Source of the DNA: Bispira polyomma | Taxonomy: Eukaryota | Length of the DNA stretch: 64,000 nucleotides | Assembly (NCBI GenBank): GCA_965649765.1 | Contig: OZ287749.1 | Coordinates: forward strand, 79,236,001 to 79,300,000 | Direction of reading: 5' to 3' | Shown here: positions 25,641-38,144 of the stretch, piece after piece | How positions within the stretch are numbered: the stretch's first letter is position 1 | Layout of the letters: each line of letters begins with the position of its first letter | Program-made: the position numbers and the translations under genes | Notes under the pieces: generated by a model | Databases searched by the model: none | What the model was told of the DNA's origin: nothing | Seen by the model: only the letters and a program-made list of their open reading frames with translations

Positions 25641-27319
25641 CAATCCAATAAGAGACAAATAATAATATTATACAATGAAAGACTTTATAATACAGTATCT
25701 TTAATATGTTACCCATACTATTAAGGTGACCTAAAGCTGTATTTAAAGCTCGATGCAAAGATAGTAGTTTTAACGAGATGGCTGTATGGCATCAACGAAA
25801 TATTATTTATTATATAAACTAAAAAAGTCTACATATTCTATTACAACTCAAAGGAAACTACTAAATGTCAGTAATTTTGTGTAGGGGGCTGACATAAATG
25901 TTGTATTAGATATTTGTGTGAATGATCCAGGGTTTTATTTCAGTCTTAAATAGATGGAATGGCAATACAAATAAATTGTGCTATACCCCAGTGGGTTTAA
26001 ATATTTCTGTTTTGTTTTTGTTTTGTGAAAAAATTAATCCAAATCTACCAGACGGGGAAACTCCCATAATGCAATAAAGATAATTCACATTTAGCCTTAA
26101 AGCTTTTATTTTCATGGAAAAGGGAGGTGAGTATTTAAATTATAAGGAACATTTTTTTAGTTAAGGCTTGTGTTGTAAATTGTTGTCATAGTTATGTCAT
26201 CTAACCCTTTAAGTACCAATACAAAGGATTGCAACGTAACATGGCTACACCCCATATGTATTGAATATATAGCATTTTATTTATTTATTTATTTATTAAA
26301 GTGACATGCAATGTAAGGACAACAATATGTAACACTGTTACATAAAAAATTGCACAGTCCTAATGGGCTTATATAGGTCATTTATACAATACAATATTAA
26401 TACCAGTGGTTATAGTTATTAAAGTTTTACAAAAACTTTGTTTATTAACATTTTGGTACCTATACATTGATACAATTATAATGTACTACTCCAGACTTTT
26501 GAGCATCTTTAGTCGGTAAAGCATCTGCTGCGGGCTGTAAGAGTCCAGAAGACATTTCTTGCATATTATTACAAATTTATAAGAAATTCAATTTCTGTTA
26601 AGTTATTTTTCTATACAAACACATATACAAGTACATATGACAAAGACATAATTATTTACTGAGTATTTTTTACCTTATATTCCAGGAATCAGCTAAGTAT
26701 GACACAAGTTGTTTTTCGAATGACATCAATATAAAGATAAATTGATCAAACTCTGTCAAGTGGTTAACAATTGGGAATGTTATAAATTCCAAACAATACA
26801 GGTAGTTAATATCCAAAATAATAGAGGATGTAAGAAAAATAATTTCAAGTTAAATCCACCCTGGTGTCCTCTCTACCATTAACTCATAAAGGTATGAACC
26901 TATCAGATCTGCCACTGTGGTTTTCTGGGTAACAACAGAACACTTGCCCATCAGATTCAATCTTAGGGTTCCATCCCAGCGTGGAGAAAACAGGTACGGG
27001 GGGATACAGAATAGAATATCTTTTGATTTATGTGTCACATGTTAAACTACAATATCAGTAAAGTGATATTTTACCTGTGAAATATTAACAGCCAGCCTGT
27101 AATAGGTTTATAAGACACAAGCAGTAAAAATTAAATTAAAAAAATTGAAATTACATTTTGCTATAAACACTACAATTTGTGAAAGTAACAAGAGCCGTTC
27201 TACCCTTTTTTTTAACTCACACAGGACATTTATAAAGATGAATTATTTCACTTTCGAATTGAGTACATTTTAGTAATGCATGTTTTTCATCATCAACTTT
27301 ACATTGTGGGTCAGAGGAA

Positions 27320-27560
27320 CACTTAAATGGTGGTGTCTCCTGTCGTTTGGGTTCTGTTCACAGTGGCAGGCCAAAGAACCTTGCAGACGTTTATAAATGG
27401 TGTTATCCTCAAGCCTATGTCTACAGTAAGGGGAATGACAGTTGCTAGTGCTGGTTGACTCTACTTGGGAAGGCAAGATAAAGGTTAATTAATGCTTTGA
27501 ATACCAGAAAAAGCACTAGTTCAATGGCATACGAATTTGAATTCAATACAATTCAATAAA
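27320..27560 (+). mobile_element. Degraded SINE family C
   Basis: Shares TTAAATGG(C/T)GGT...AAAGAACC...AGGGGAATGACAG...GGTTAATTA...TGAATACC with about 48410-48760, 56500-56760 and 58420-58625. Confidence 0.5.
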
Positions 27561-29446
27561 GCAATACTTCGAAAGTCATATTTTTTTTGTTTAAATGTAA
27601 ATATCTGTTACACCTACAACATGCAATACATTTATATATCATTTCATACAATAACTTTATTCTTTGTGAACCAATTTTACTTTAATGCCAAAATAGGCAA
27701 TTATGGTAATAATAAAAAGGCTTCTAGCTTTTTTTGACAGATGATGGCTGGCACTTGATACAATGACAGAAGCCCCGAAATCCCCGATTATGTTAGAAAA
27801 CCCAGACCATTTACACAACCTTTACTGGGAGTCTTGAATGGGTCACTTGGGACTCTTGCAAAACAATTCCACATTTGGTTGGCGAAAAAGTGATTAATTT
27901 CTGTGATATTTGTCGAAATAAATGTTCTCCCGGTTAATAACCAGTTACCATATGTCATTATGGGGAGTATAGAGAGAGAGGTTGATCTGAGGCCAACCTT
28001 AGGTAATTATACGATTTTCTACGTCGGCTCTAGATATAACCTTGAAAAATCATATTTATATAATGTAGATACAGCCAAATTTAGTTGATAATGATCATTA
28101 TTTGAGCTAAATTACAGATAAAATATTAATATATGCTGTAAAATCTCCCTTCTGAAATGGAATTCGGTTAAATGTTCAAAAGAAGTTTAAGATTGATTTG
28201 CCTGAAATCCTAGAACTAACCAAAAAAGCCATAAACAGACAGTCGAGTCACAAGGGATTCTGGGCCACTTCCGTAATTATTTCTGTGAAATGCCAACACA
28301 TGCATACATATAGCGCTCGTCTGTTGCCATTATGCAAAACCTTTCCTCGTGTGTTGAAATAAGAAGTCTCGCGAGAATTGGCCAGAGAGTTAGAATAACA
28401 TATCAAATGTAATGAACCATATCTGGATGTTTGCTAAAAACCCATCATATGCAAGTACAACCTCCTCCTCATTTTATCGCTGCTAGAATGCTTTGAACTG
28501 GTTGTAACAATTTGCATTAGTTAAAATCCAATTCATTAGGACTAGTTATTTTGGTTAGCAAGCAAATTACATTAGTAGATTTACCACTGGTTACTAACCA
28601 TTTCTCGGGTTATTTAAGTGCAGATCTATCAAAAACATTGTGTATTGTGTAAACTTGAAGATAATGGATTTCATATATGTATGTATATCTAAGTGCAATA
28701 ACAGAAACTGAAAAGTACTGAATCAAAATATGCAATTTCAACAGCTATCGTAAAATTTTAAGAAGTTTCTGGAAATAATATATATTATTGGCCATTATTA
28801 GGTAAAATAATAATAACTAGTAAAAAGTACAACTTGTAAGCAACTCTGGCAATTTGGTTTTTTTAATCTGATCTTGTTTCTCATTAGTCATTAACAAAAA
28901 TAAGCCCTCTATAAAACATTATGCTAAGAGAAAGTAAACGGGTTTGTTTCAATAAAAAACAGGTCCTATCCTCCTTCATTAAACATTCATTATTTTGCTT
29001 TCATATTCTGTGACAAAACATAGGAGACAAGTACGACATTTTGTATTGTGAACATTGATGCAAACAACCATTTCAACCACAGGAGGACACTTTGACCTTC
29101 GGAAGCTAGCTATCTGATAGCATAGCAAAAAGTAGATGAGCAACTTATGTGACCAAAACAGTCATTTCCTAGTAGTATTTCAGGTAAATACTCATTCAAG
29201 AACAAAGTAAATCATCAGTACTCAACTGGTTTCATGGGGATCTGCTCCAAAATATAATGGTTTCTTACTTGGTCCATGCCTATGGACCTTCACAAAGTTC
29301 GATCAGAATGGTTTTTGCATAATCATCTAAATAATAAACCCCAAAAGACAGGGGTTAGCAAAGAGCATTGTCAGAGATAATAACAAACCAGATAAGATGC
29401 ACAACAAAGTCATTTAATTTATTGACCAGAATGCTAAAAGCAGCGT

Positions 29447-29793
29447 CTGAGCTAGACAGAATAATCTGTCCCTATTTAACCAGATTCCTTGCTGTTATTT
29501 TGACGACCGACTCACAAAAAGGGACAGAACGGATTAAGGAAAACGTTGTAAATCAAAATCGGCATATATAGAGACAGAATCTCGTAAAAAAAAATACATT
29601 CCCTTATTCCTTATATATAATAAAGTAACTGATTTTTTGTTATTTTATGCCAACATGGTACACATCAATTAATCTAAAATAAAAAAATAAATCACAATCA
29701 TTGGCACAATACTGTCCCTTTACGTGAAGTCTGTAGTCAAAATAACAGCAAGGAATCAAGTTAAGTAGGGAGAGATTATTTGGTCTACCTCTG
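29447..29793. mobile_element. About 350-bp MITE with about 80-bp inverted arms (hAT-like ends)
   Basis: TAGACAGAATAATCTGTCCCTATTTAACCAGATTCCTTGCTGTTATTTTGAC...AAAGGGACAG is mirrored at 29713-29793; lies about 210 bp upstream of SKOR exon 2. Confidence 0.75.
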
Positions 29794-30004
29794 AGCATAT
29801 AAATAATTACAATATGTTAATAAAAGTACTATACAATCTATAACAAGACAATCTATAACAAGACACAGGTACATAGTGTGAAATACACTACCGTTCAAAT
29901 AACACCCCCAGTTTGGCCAGGTCTATTGTTACCGATTAATTCACGAAGGCCTCACAACACATTTTTCAGAATGAAAACAATATGAAATAACTTTGTATTT
30001 CCAG

Positions 30005-30382
30005 CTTGATAATGATGCCCCGTTCACCCACCCCGCCGCCACCATCACTGAGCCCTAACGTCAAAGCCGAAGTGCATTCCTTCGCGAAGACGACAGACGA
30101 GAATTCGCGGGACTCTGTGACGTCATTTACTGCGGAGGAGTCGGCCATGCGTCAAAACCAAGTGAGCACCGTGATTCTCCACAGGATCCCCATCGTGTGT
30201 CTATTTATAGACGGGCGGGAAAGGCTCTGCCTGGCGCAAATTTCCAACACTCTTCTGAAGGACTACAGTTACAATGAAATCCACAATAGGAGGGTTGCCT
30301 TGGGAATCACGTGTGTACAGTGTACACCTGTACAGTTAGAGATACTCAGAAGGGCTGGAGCAATGCCTATTTCCTCTAGAAG
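30005..30382 (+). CDS. SKOR: SKI family transcriptional corepressor (SKOR1/2, CORL/fussel), exon 2: Ski/Sno/Dach domain
   Basis: RERLCLAQISNTLLKDYSYNEIHNRRVALGITCVQCTPVQLEILRRAGAMPISSR matches the SKOR signature; acceptor TTTCCAG|, donor AG|GTAAGT. Confidence 0.96.
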
Positions 30383-31591
30383 GTAAGTGATCACACCATG
30401 CGGTAGCCATATATTCTGCAAAAATCCCACAGCTAAATCTCAAGAATCAAGCCTTAAGTCTCCTTATCTCTTGTAAGAGGGAAGATACATAAAATCTGAC
30501 TGCATGTTTCAATTCTGCTGTGAAAGCTCTATGAAAATGAATGGGGTATAGGATATTTCCATATAGAAGAGCTGCACAAAGAATTCAATTGCATGTGACC
30601 TTGGGCTTGTTTGGAGAATTTTGGGCTCTGATACATAAAAAGGTCATACATAACTATTCATTTTATATTTCAAAGCATTTACATAGTGCTGAATTGATAT
30701 GTCATCCTATAAAGCATTTGTTTTCCGGGATGGGATAGTCCTGCAACATGGCATTTCATGGTCGTCATCAGTGGGCCATGGTGTGTTAACATCTGGCCCA
30801 AGAATGTTATCGCCCAATAACTAATATGGTACTACCCGGAGTCCAACCATGGATGCTTTGACCATCAGATTAACCCCCTAACCACTAGGCCACACAGGAT
30901 CATAAGACCACATTTGTGCCACATAAATGCAATCTTTCCACTTTTTGTGCTTACACACATTTGGAATTTTATTTCTACCATGTTAACAAAAAAATGATTT
31001 AGTTACAACATCGTAAACTAGAACAAAATGACTTACATAGTCAGACGTTAATACAGTTAAATATGATATAGTGACCACTTTAAACAAAATACCACTTTCA
31101 ATCCTCCCATAAATTTCTTATAGAAAGATCAATGCTAAGTTGTGACCAGAGACCACCTATATTAATTCCTAACAGCTATATTTGACCAGTATAGGAGAGA
31201 CAGCTTCATAATGTTACCACACTCCCTTCTTTTTACTAGTATTAAGCACCCAGTTTTCATAAGAACAAGGTCTACAAAACAAGTTGTTTATGTTATAACT
31301 AAAAGGATAACAGGTGTGATACCCGTAGCTGACCTAAACATGCGACTAAGTCTTCAATTTGTGTCAATATTAGCACACTACATTTAGCTTAACAGAAAGA
31401 CATTCTCCCGTATTCAAGTATTCCGGACAGTAGCCCTTGTATACAATTTCACTGTATATTTATGGATAATGTGTTGGTCTGTTACATGCATTTTAAGTGT
31501 GTAATTACAAGCGAGAAAAGGAACTCCACTTCTATAACAATGGCTTATTATCCATTCCATCAAGAAAAGTTTGTCTTTTTCACATTGTCAG

Positions 31592-32978
31592 GTGTGGAAT
31601 GATCAGTAAGAGAGAAGCAGAGAGGCTGGTGAAGTCCTTCCTGGAAGAACACATGCCTCCCAAGTTACCAGAGAACTTTGCCTTCTGTGTGAAGCACCCT
31701 TGTGGGTGGGGATGCAAGGGCCAGTTTGTTCCCTCTAGGTATAATAGTTCCAGGGCAAAGTGTATCAAGTGTAACTACTGCAGCCTGTTTTTTTCTCCAA
31801 ACAAGTTCATCTTCCACTTTCATCGTGTCCCAGATGCAAAGTACAGACATCCTGACGCAGCAAACTTCAACTCCTGGAGACGGCATCTGTTCCTCGATTA
31901 CGAGGTTCAAAATGAAGACCTTGTCCATGCCTGGGAAGATGTCAAAGCCATGTTTAATGGTGGGAGCAGAAAGAGAGTGCTTGGAAGTATGGTCAAGGCT
32001 GATGTCGATTACATTTCTTTTGAAAAAAAGTCCAAGTTTGACACAGCACAAGCCCCACTGCCTAGTTTTCCAGTTTCTTGTCCCCCACAGCCCAGTTCAA
32101 ACCATCAGCATCCATATCCATTCATTTCCATGACTAGTACAGTCAACCATAACAATGGCATGGTTATGCCATACCAGACGCAACCAAATTATCCCATGCT
32201 ACCCAGAGCTGCTAATACTTCAATAAAAGGAATGCAGGACTCTACCAAAACGAATTTCACTGACATCTGGAAGAACAGAACCACTCCTATGTATAACCCC
32301 TTTGGCTTCTGGTGGGCAAAAAACTTTGGAATGCCAGCTTTTGGCCAGGCTACAAAATCCACCTTCCCTGTAGAATGGGGCTTTTGGCAAAATAACAAAG
32401 AGCCACTTTCGAATGAATCCAAATCAGATGCAGATAGTAGGTATTCGGCTTTTAAGCCAGTCGGTCTACTCGGATCAAGGGTATTCAGTGAATACAACAG
32501 AAATTCTACTACAGATAATGAAAAGACACCAAACTGGGAGGCTAGTAGCAGAGAGGCAGTAAATAAACAATCGTTTGCTACTACAGAGTCATTCAACAGA
32601 GATAAAGCAAGTCATGTGTATAAGGAAGACAGGCTTGAACAGCCATCTCCAGAGGGTCAAACAGAAGTCGATAATGAGAGTATCTGTGGCAGCGAACAAG
32701 GCAGTGACGTGAACTTCTCCGAAGGACAAGATGTTGACCACGATTTTGACATATGCGTGGATGAGAGCCAGGATGCTAGACCACGGATTGAAGTTCCGAG
32801 AAACCCGGACCATGAGCAGCTCATGTATGGTCTTTCCAAGAGTAACATACAAGTAGAAGAGACAGAACATTCCAGATACAATGGCAACTATGGCCAACCG
32901 GTGAAGAGAGACTTGGGTCATCTGGATGTAAAGTGTGAAACTGAAAGTCCTGCAGAAGAACAGTCATCTAGATCTGAG
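31592..32978 (+). CDS. SKOR: SKOR exon 3: end of Ski/Sno domain, SAND-like SMAD4-binding domain, low-complexity region
   Basis: CGMISKREAERLVKSFL...RYNSSRAKCIKCNYCSLFFSPNKFIFH...DAANFNSWRRHL...WEDVKAMFNGGSRKR, plus SAFKPV motif; acceptor TGTCAG| (phase 2), donor GAG|GTAAGT (phase 0). Confidence 0.96.
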
Positions 32979-34310
32979 GTAAGTGTCAAGAAAATAGTAA
33001 CTAATAACACTATCAAAAAGAATACACAGAAATAAAGGAAAATCTAATCAAATTTAAATCTTTGCATGTGCAATATTTTCTAAAATTGGAGGCTGATGCA
33101 AAAATGTGACCTTAGAGGTGCATTCTAATGTAGATAACGGGGGACTGGATCTAACATGTAACAAATTTCCACAAAAAAGGGGGGAGCACTGTAGCTAAAA
33201 GAAGCTGAAGTACTTCTGTAGGTGGAGAATAAATACATGGGATGTGGAAAGAATTGAATAGGTTTGAATTTTTCTATCAAATTACTATAAGATGCAATGA
33301 ATTACATTCAATTTGCTGGTCTGGTGTAATTTCTCTTCCATGAAACTTGTTGTTTGGAAATGATTAGAGTAACCTTCAGTGAAGTAAATGACCACCTCCA
33401 ATTTCAATTTAAAAGCAAAAGCCTGTTACATTAGGTGGGGGAACAAATTGACACTTTGTCTGGAGTGTAGCAGAAGAAAAACAACCTGACACAACAATGA
33501 AAATTAATTCCTAGAATCCAGTCATCTTAGCAGACTATTTTTTAGTAATTTTAGTATGGTCACCCTAGTTTTAAACAGCCAATGCAAGATTACAAATTAC
33601 TAATCTCGTTCACCCTTTTGACAATAAGCTGAAAAGAGTTATGGCTCTAATGTGACTCTAATGTGGTTTGTTTGTTTGTCAAGAAAATCACTGGGAAATA
33701 AATTGATATAAAACAACTAAAGAGTTGAATACTTTAAGCTATACTTATTCCCTAAGACCTCAGTTTGCTAAATATGCATCAATGTATATAGAGGAGGGTA
33801 TAAGAAGCTTTTTCCCCGAATAGAGCCAAATCCAGGTAATTTTTTCCTCCTTAACTTGCCATTCAATCGCCATGTAGCTTTGTAATTATTTGATATTAGA
33901 CGTTTAATTTTACTAATTGAGCAGTCAACATATAGGAGCTACTTGAGTGGGTGGGGACTTAATAGCTACCTGGTTCTATTATACTGGTCCTAACCTCTTC
34001 AACTGGGAGAAGCATTATCTCCCCTGATTTCTTGGCACTAGCTTTAATTCCTTCTCAGGGTACTTCTGAGAAAATTAGTTGAAATCTGTAAGATGATTGC
34101 AAGCCCTAAAGGGTAAAAATGGACAAAGTAGAACCTAAATATCACTGCATTTGATTACTTGGCTATTCAAGTAATTGCAAGTTAGAGATTGATAACCTTA
34201 GGCTTTCCCCCCTTTTAATTTTGTAGGTTACATTTGTAGCATTAAACAATTTATCAGGCAAGAAATTGTACATTTAGAGAAAAATTATAGGTGCAATACT
34301 TTTCTATTTA

Positions 34311-34537
34311 GAGTAAGTAATCTAAACTTCGCCACTGCATCTAAAATTCGCCACCAGAAAAATGTTGTGTTTTTGGTAGAATTGTTGCTAATATTTGCGG
34401 AAATTGACATTTTTTTGGCGACGGTTTTGGCCTTACTTTTCTGAATTCCAGTTATATTTCGCAAACTGTCATGGATTTGGCTTACATTTTAGGGTGCCGA
34501 ATTTCAGATACAGTGGTGAATTTTAGATTCCTTACTC
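34311..34537. mobile_element. About 227-bp MITE in SKOR intron 3
   Basis: About 40-bp TIRs GAGTAAGTAATCTAAACTTCGCCACTGCATCTAAAATTCG / CGAATTTCAGATACAGTGGTGAATTTTAGATTCCTTACTC, with TA on both flanks. Confidence 0.8.
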
Positions 34538-37291
34538 TACGTTCGATAGAAGAACAGTAAGTAAGATATGTCATATCATCCACCTTTAAATTTTACCAAA
34601 CCTATACCAGGTCATTGTTTTTTACCTATTGATAAAAGTTTACCAGTTATAACTCTGATTAAAGAAATTGAGATACACATCTGTCATATAGTATACCATA
34701 AGTTGAAAGTTAGAAATATTTAATTCTGAGAACCAAAATACCTGTAATATTCAGGTATCAAAGGCTTACTAGATGTACTATGTTAATAGTCTGTCTTAAT
34801 GAATTATCTACTTCATGTGATAAAAGAAACACACAGTAAATCCCTGTCGTTGTTATTTGCAGAAAAACGGGGACAATTAACAAATGGCCTGCAATAAAAG
34901 GTCTGCATTGTACTGTAGCTAAATCCTCATTAGTGTGACAAAATAGAATGATACTGACTATAATACCTGTGATTATAGTAATAAGGACTATTTTCTAGTC
35001 AAGCTGTATTAAGTTGAAAAGAAACCCAGTTTATTGATACGTCATAATAAGTATGAAACAATCAGTGTAATATATTTCTATTACATTATGTAAATGTGTA
35101 CTGGATGCACAAACTGCAGATGTTTTGACATGTACAGAAGTTTATCATAAATCAGATTTTGTCCTTCAGCTGATTTAAAAGGGAAACCAATTTCCTGCCT
35201 CCAACCCTAAAATCTCTGATTGTCCATGGGAGACCAGTATTCTAATTCTCAAATTGCTAATTTCGAGCTGCAGAGCAAGACAACCAGAGCTGGTGAATGG
35301 GATCTTTGGTTTTTGTTGGGTGCCTTTTGGGAGAGCTGGCCTAATGTTAACACAGTCAGATGTATTCCCGTCAGAAGTGATTTGATGCAAATTTGCATTG
35401 ATGAAGTTTCTTTCTCCGCCCAGTTAAAGCTTGAGAGTCAAGCATTTCGGATGTGGTTCCACATAGGACTGGGGTAATAGATTTTTTTCAGAAAGAAAAC
35501 AACACTGTGGTGTTAATTCTGGTGTAAAGAAAACACTAGTTTATATTATTAAAAAAAAAATAAAAAAAGTTGATCACTGTAGTTCAAAACACACATCTTA
35601 TGTAATTATAAGATTAATATAAGAAGACATTTTATTTGGATGCAAATTTTACCATTTTTTTTTTACCATTAGCAAAAAAAAAAAAAACACACTACACTTT
35701 ACCTTAATAATTCCTAGTGAAAAAAAAACCAGTTGTACTCTGATCAAGAGATAATTTAAATTTAAACAATGATAGATGATGTATTTTATACAATCAGATG
35801 TAAGAACGTATCATATATTAGGTAAGATATGTGTAGATTTATCCTGACAAGTTAATACACACAATTGTGTCACAATTATAATGAAATCTTTAGGGTTTAG
35901 TTAAGTAAATCAGCACTCCTATATATAGTTACTTGTCGGCCTAGGAGCTTTAAGTTTGAAAATTGCCAGTTATACTTGCTGATGGTCGTCGGTTTCCAGT
36001 GTAGAATCTTGATTCAACTATTAGTATACACTGGTTTCCTCCAGCACTGAAACTTGCCCATAGTGATATATGACACTATACAATGTGTTAAAACCAAACA
36101 TGTGAACATTTTTAACATGACCTGATTTTTCACCCCCATCAAGTGTGAGCTGTTTAATGAATCCCCCTCCGCAGATTACCACCAACTGCGCGCTGTTTTA
36201 TGAACTCCCTCTGCAGTTTAGAGCACTTCCTGTGTGGAATGACAAATCACATCCCCCGAGACACAAATACCCTCTTATTTGTTTTCCCCTTTTATCGGCG
36301 GCCGGTTTGGATTTCGTCTGAATCAACGCTCAATTGACATTTGGTCTTTCATGATTATCTGTGTTTTTAAGAATCCCTTGTTGGCTGTTAATTATTGGTG
36401 CCCTTTCCTTTGTGTTCGGGGCTTTAACGGCGGGAACTTAGTTAGCCATACTCTAGTCTCATATATTTTTTTATTATATATAAATTGAGCTTAACGCCCA
36501 GGAATATTGGTAATCCACAATTTTTTTTACAGTATTTTAACTCAAAAGTAATAGCCCAATTTAGGGGTGAAATAAAATTAACTGGGTAACTATAAAACAT
36601 AATTGTTGAACTTTGGGCCTTCTCCAGGGCTAACAGTTGGGGGCCACAGAAAACCCCTTTATTTTTTTATAATCTTAATAATAAATGATACAAAATAAGC
36701 TAAAACAAAAACACTAAAGACCACCAATATAATGTTATATCACGTGACAATCAGTGGTTATCTTAAATAAGTATAGTAATATTAATTTTACAAGGAATGA
36801 TTAAATTTCAAGGGTCAATATCAAAGTCTGTTTTAACCTTTTAACAAAATAAAGAACTATTTATAATCATACCACATTAAAATATAGCAATGGTGCCTTA
36901 TATTTATTTCATTTGGAATATCATTTTAAACTAAAATTAATCCGAAATTTAATGTTATACTCTAACTTTTAGATGACTGTTAAAACGTTTATTATTACAT
37001 ATTTAAAAGATTTCTAAATGACACAAAACCAGTGGTTTTTTATAAATGACATGTATCCCTGGAAATGTAGTACGGTACTAAGGATAGCATACTAAGTTTG
37101 GCCTTTATGTTGTGTCATGCACTTAGTAAAAGGTATTTAAAATATATTTTGAGGCTAGTAGAGCCTCTTCAAAATAAATTTAAAAGTAATAAGATTTGTG
37201 AAACAACTGAGTCAAAAAGGACATTTCGTTTGTAGTAGTGAGCACAGTTTATTAAAACTATCTTTAGAACATAATTGTTGTTTTTTTAAAG

Positions 37292-37433
37292 GTACATTCA
37301 CAATCAGAACTGAGTCCACTTTCTCCCCCCAAAAGTGAAAATCAAGCTTCAAGGTCAACTTATGCTGGAGCCATAATGCATCAACCATACAACTGTGAAG
37401 AAAAGCCAAGGGATATTTACGAGATGTCCAAAG
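37292..37433 (+). CDS. SKOR: SKOR exon 4
   Basis: TTTTTTTAAAG| acceptor, open 142 nt (VHSQSELSP...KPRDIYEMSK), donor AAG|GTGGGT. Phases 0 to 1 bridge exons 3 and 5, and DIYEMSKEELQ resembles the start of the SKOR coiled coil. Confidence 0.8.
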
Positions 37434-38085
37434 GTGGGTGGGAATTTGAATTGGTTTTAGGTTATATAACGTCTGCATTAATATCTCTATAGCCTTTTCC
37501 CTCTCAAGACAATGAAGATTGAATCCCACCGTTTCCTTCATGAGGGACAGTTTACCAGGTACTTCCTGAAGGTCGGTGGGTTCCAGTACACATATAGCAC
37601 TGGCTTCCTCTACCAATAAATCTGGCCATCACAACTTGACCAATGATGTTGAAACTTATGTGAGACATAAACAAAACAAAAAAAAAAATCAAATATATCC
37701 AAATGTAAGGGTCTATATAATTTGTCTAAAAATCTAAGAATAATGTTATTTATTTTACAGGAACTAAATTTTGTAACTTAAAAATGAAATAAATGTAAAA
37801 ATAAAGGTATAACATTTCCAATTTTTAAAAATAGATGTAATTTAGTGATGTTTTAACCACTAGAATATATGTATAATATCTATAAAACGACATTTTTTCA
37901 GCAGGCACAGTCGCATATTGTTTTCACTCTAAAAAGGGCGCGGCCTTGTTAGAAAACCCCATCATGATGGCAATAATAATATGTAAGACCTTGATGGATT
38001 GGTTGGAAGCAATTGACGCAAAATATACCCCTTGTGTTTATTTTTAATGTGAACTTTTGATTATTATTTTTTCTATTTCCAACAG

Positions 38086-38144
38086 AAGAGCTCCAAAGAG
38101 AACTGGTCAGGATGATGACCACCAAAGAACAGAACACCCAATAA
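38086..38144 (+). CDS. SKOR: SKOR terminal coding exon 5
   Basis: Polypyrimidine acceptor TTTCCAACAG|; reads (E)ELQRELVRMMTTKEQNTQ* with TAA at 38142-38144. Spliced CDS totals 1980 nt (659 aa) when exon 1 is included. Confidence 0.78.

Noticed and set aside
31580-32921. Several antisense or alternative-frame ORFs over SKOR exon 3
   Set aside because: Shadow ORFs of a coding exon with no recognisable domains.
31497-33035. 512-aa ORF as a stand-alone single-exon gene
   Set aside because: The first about 32 and last about 18 codons are intronic read-through; SKOR homology starts at the acceptor at 31591/31592 and a strong donor lies at 32978/32979.
35168-35190. PTF1-type composite site (E-box CAGCTG near GGGAAA)
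   Set aside because: Orientation and spacing do not match the E-box followed by TC-box arrangement.
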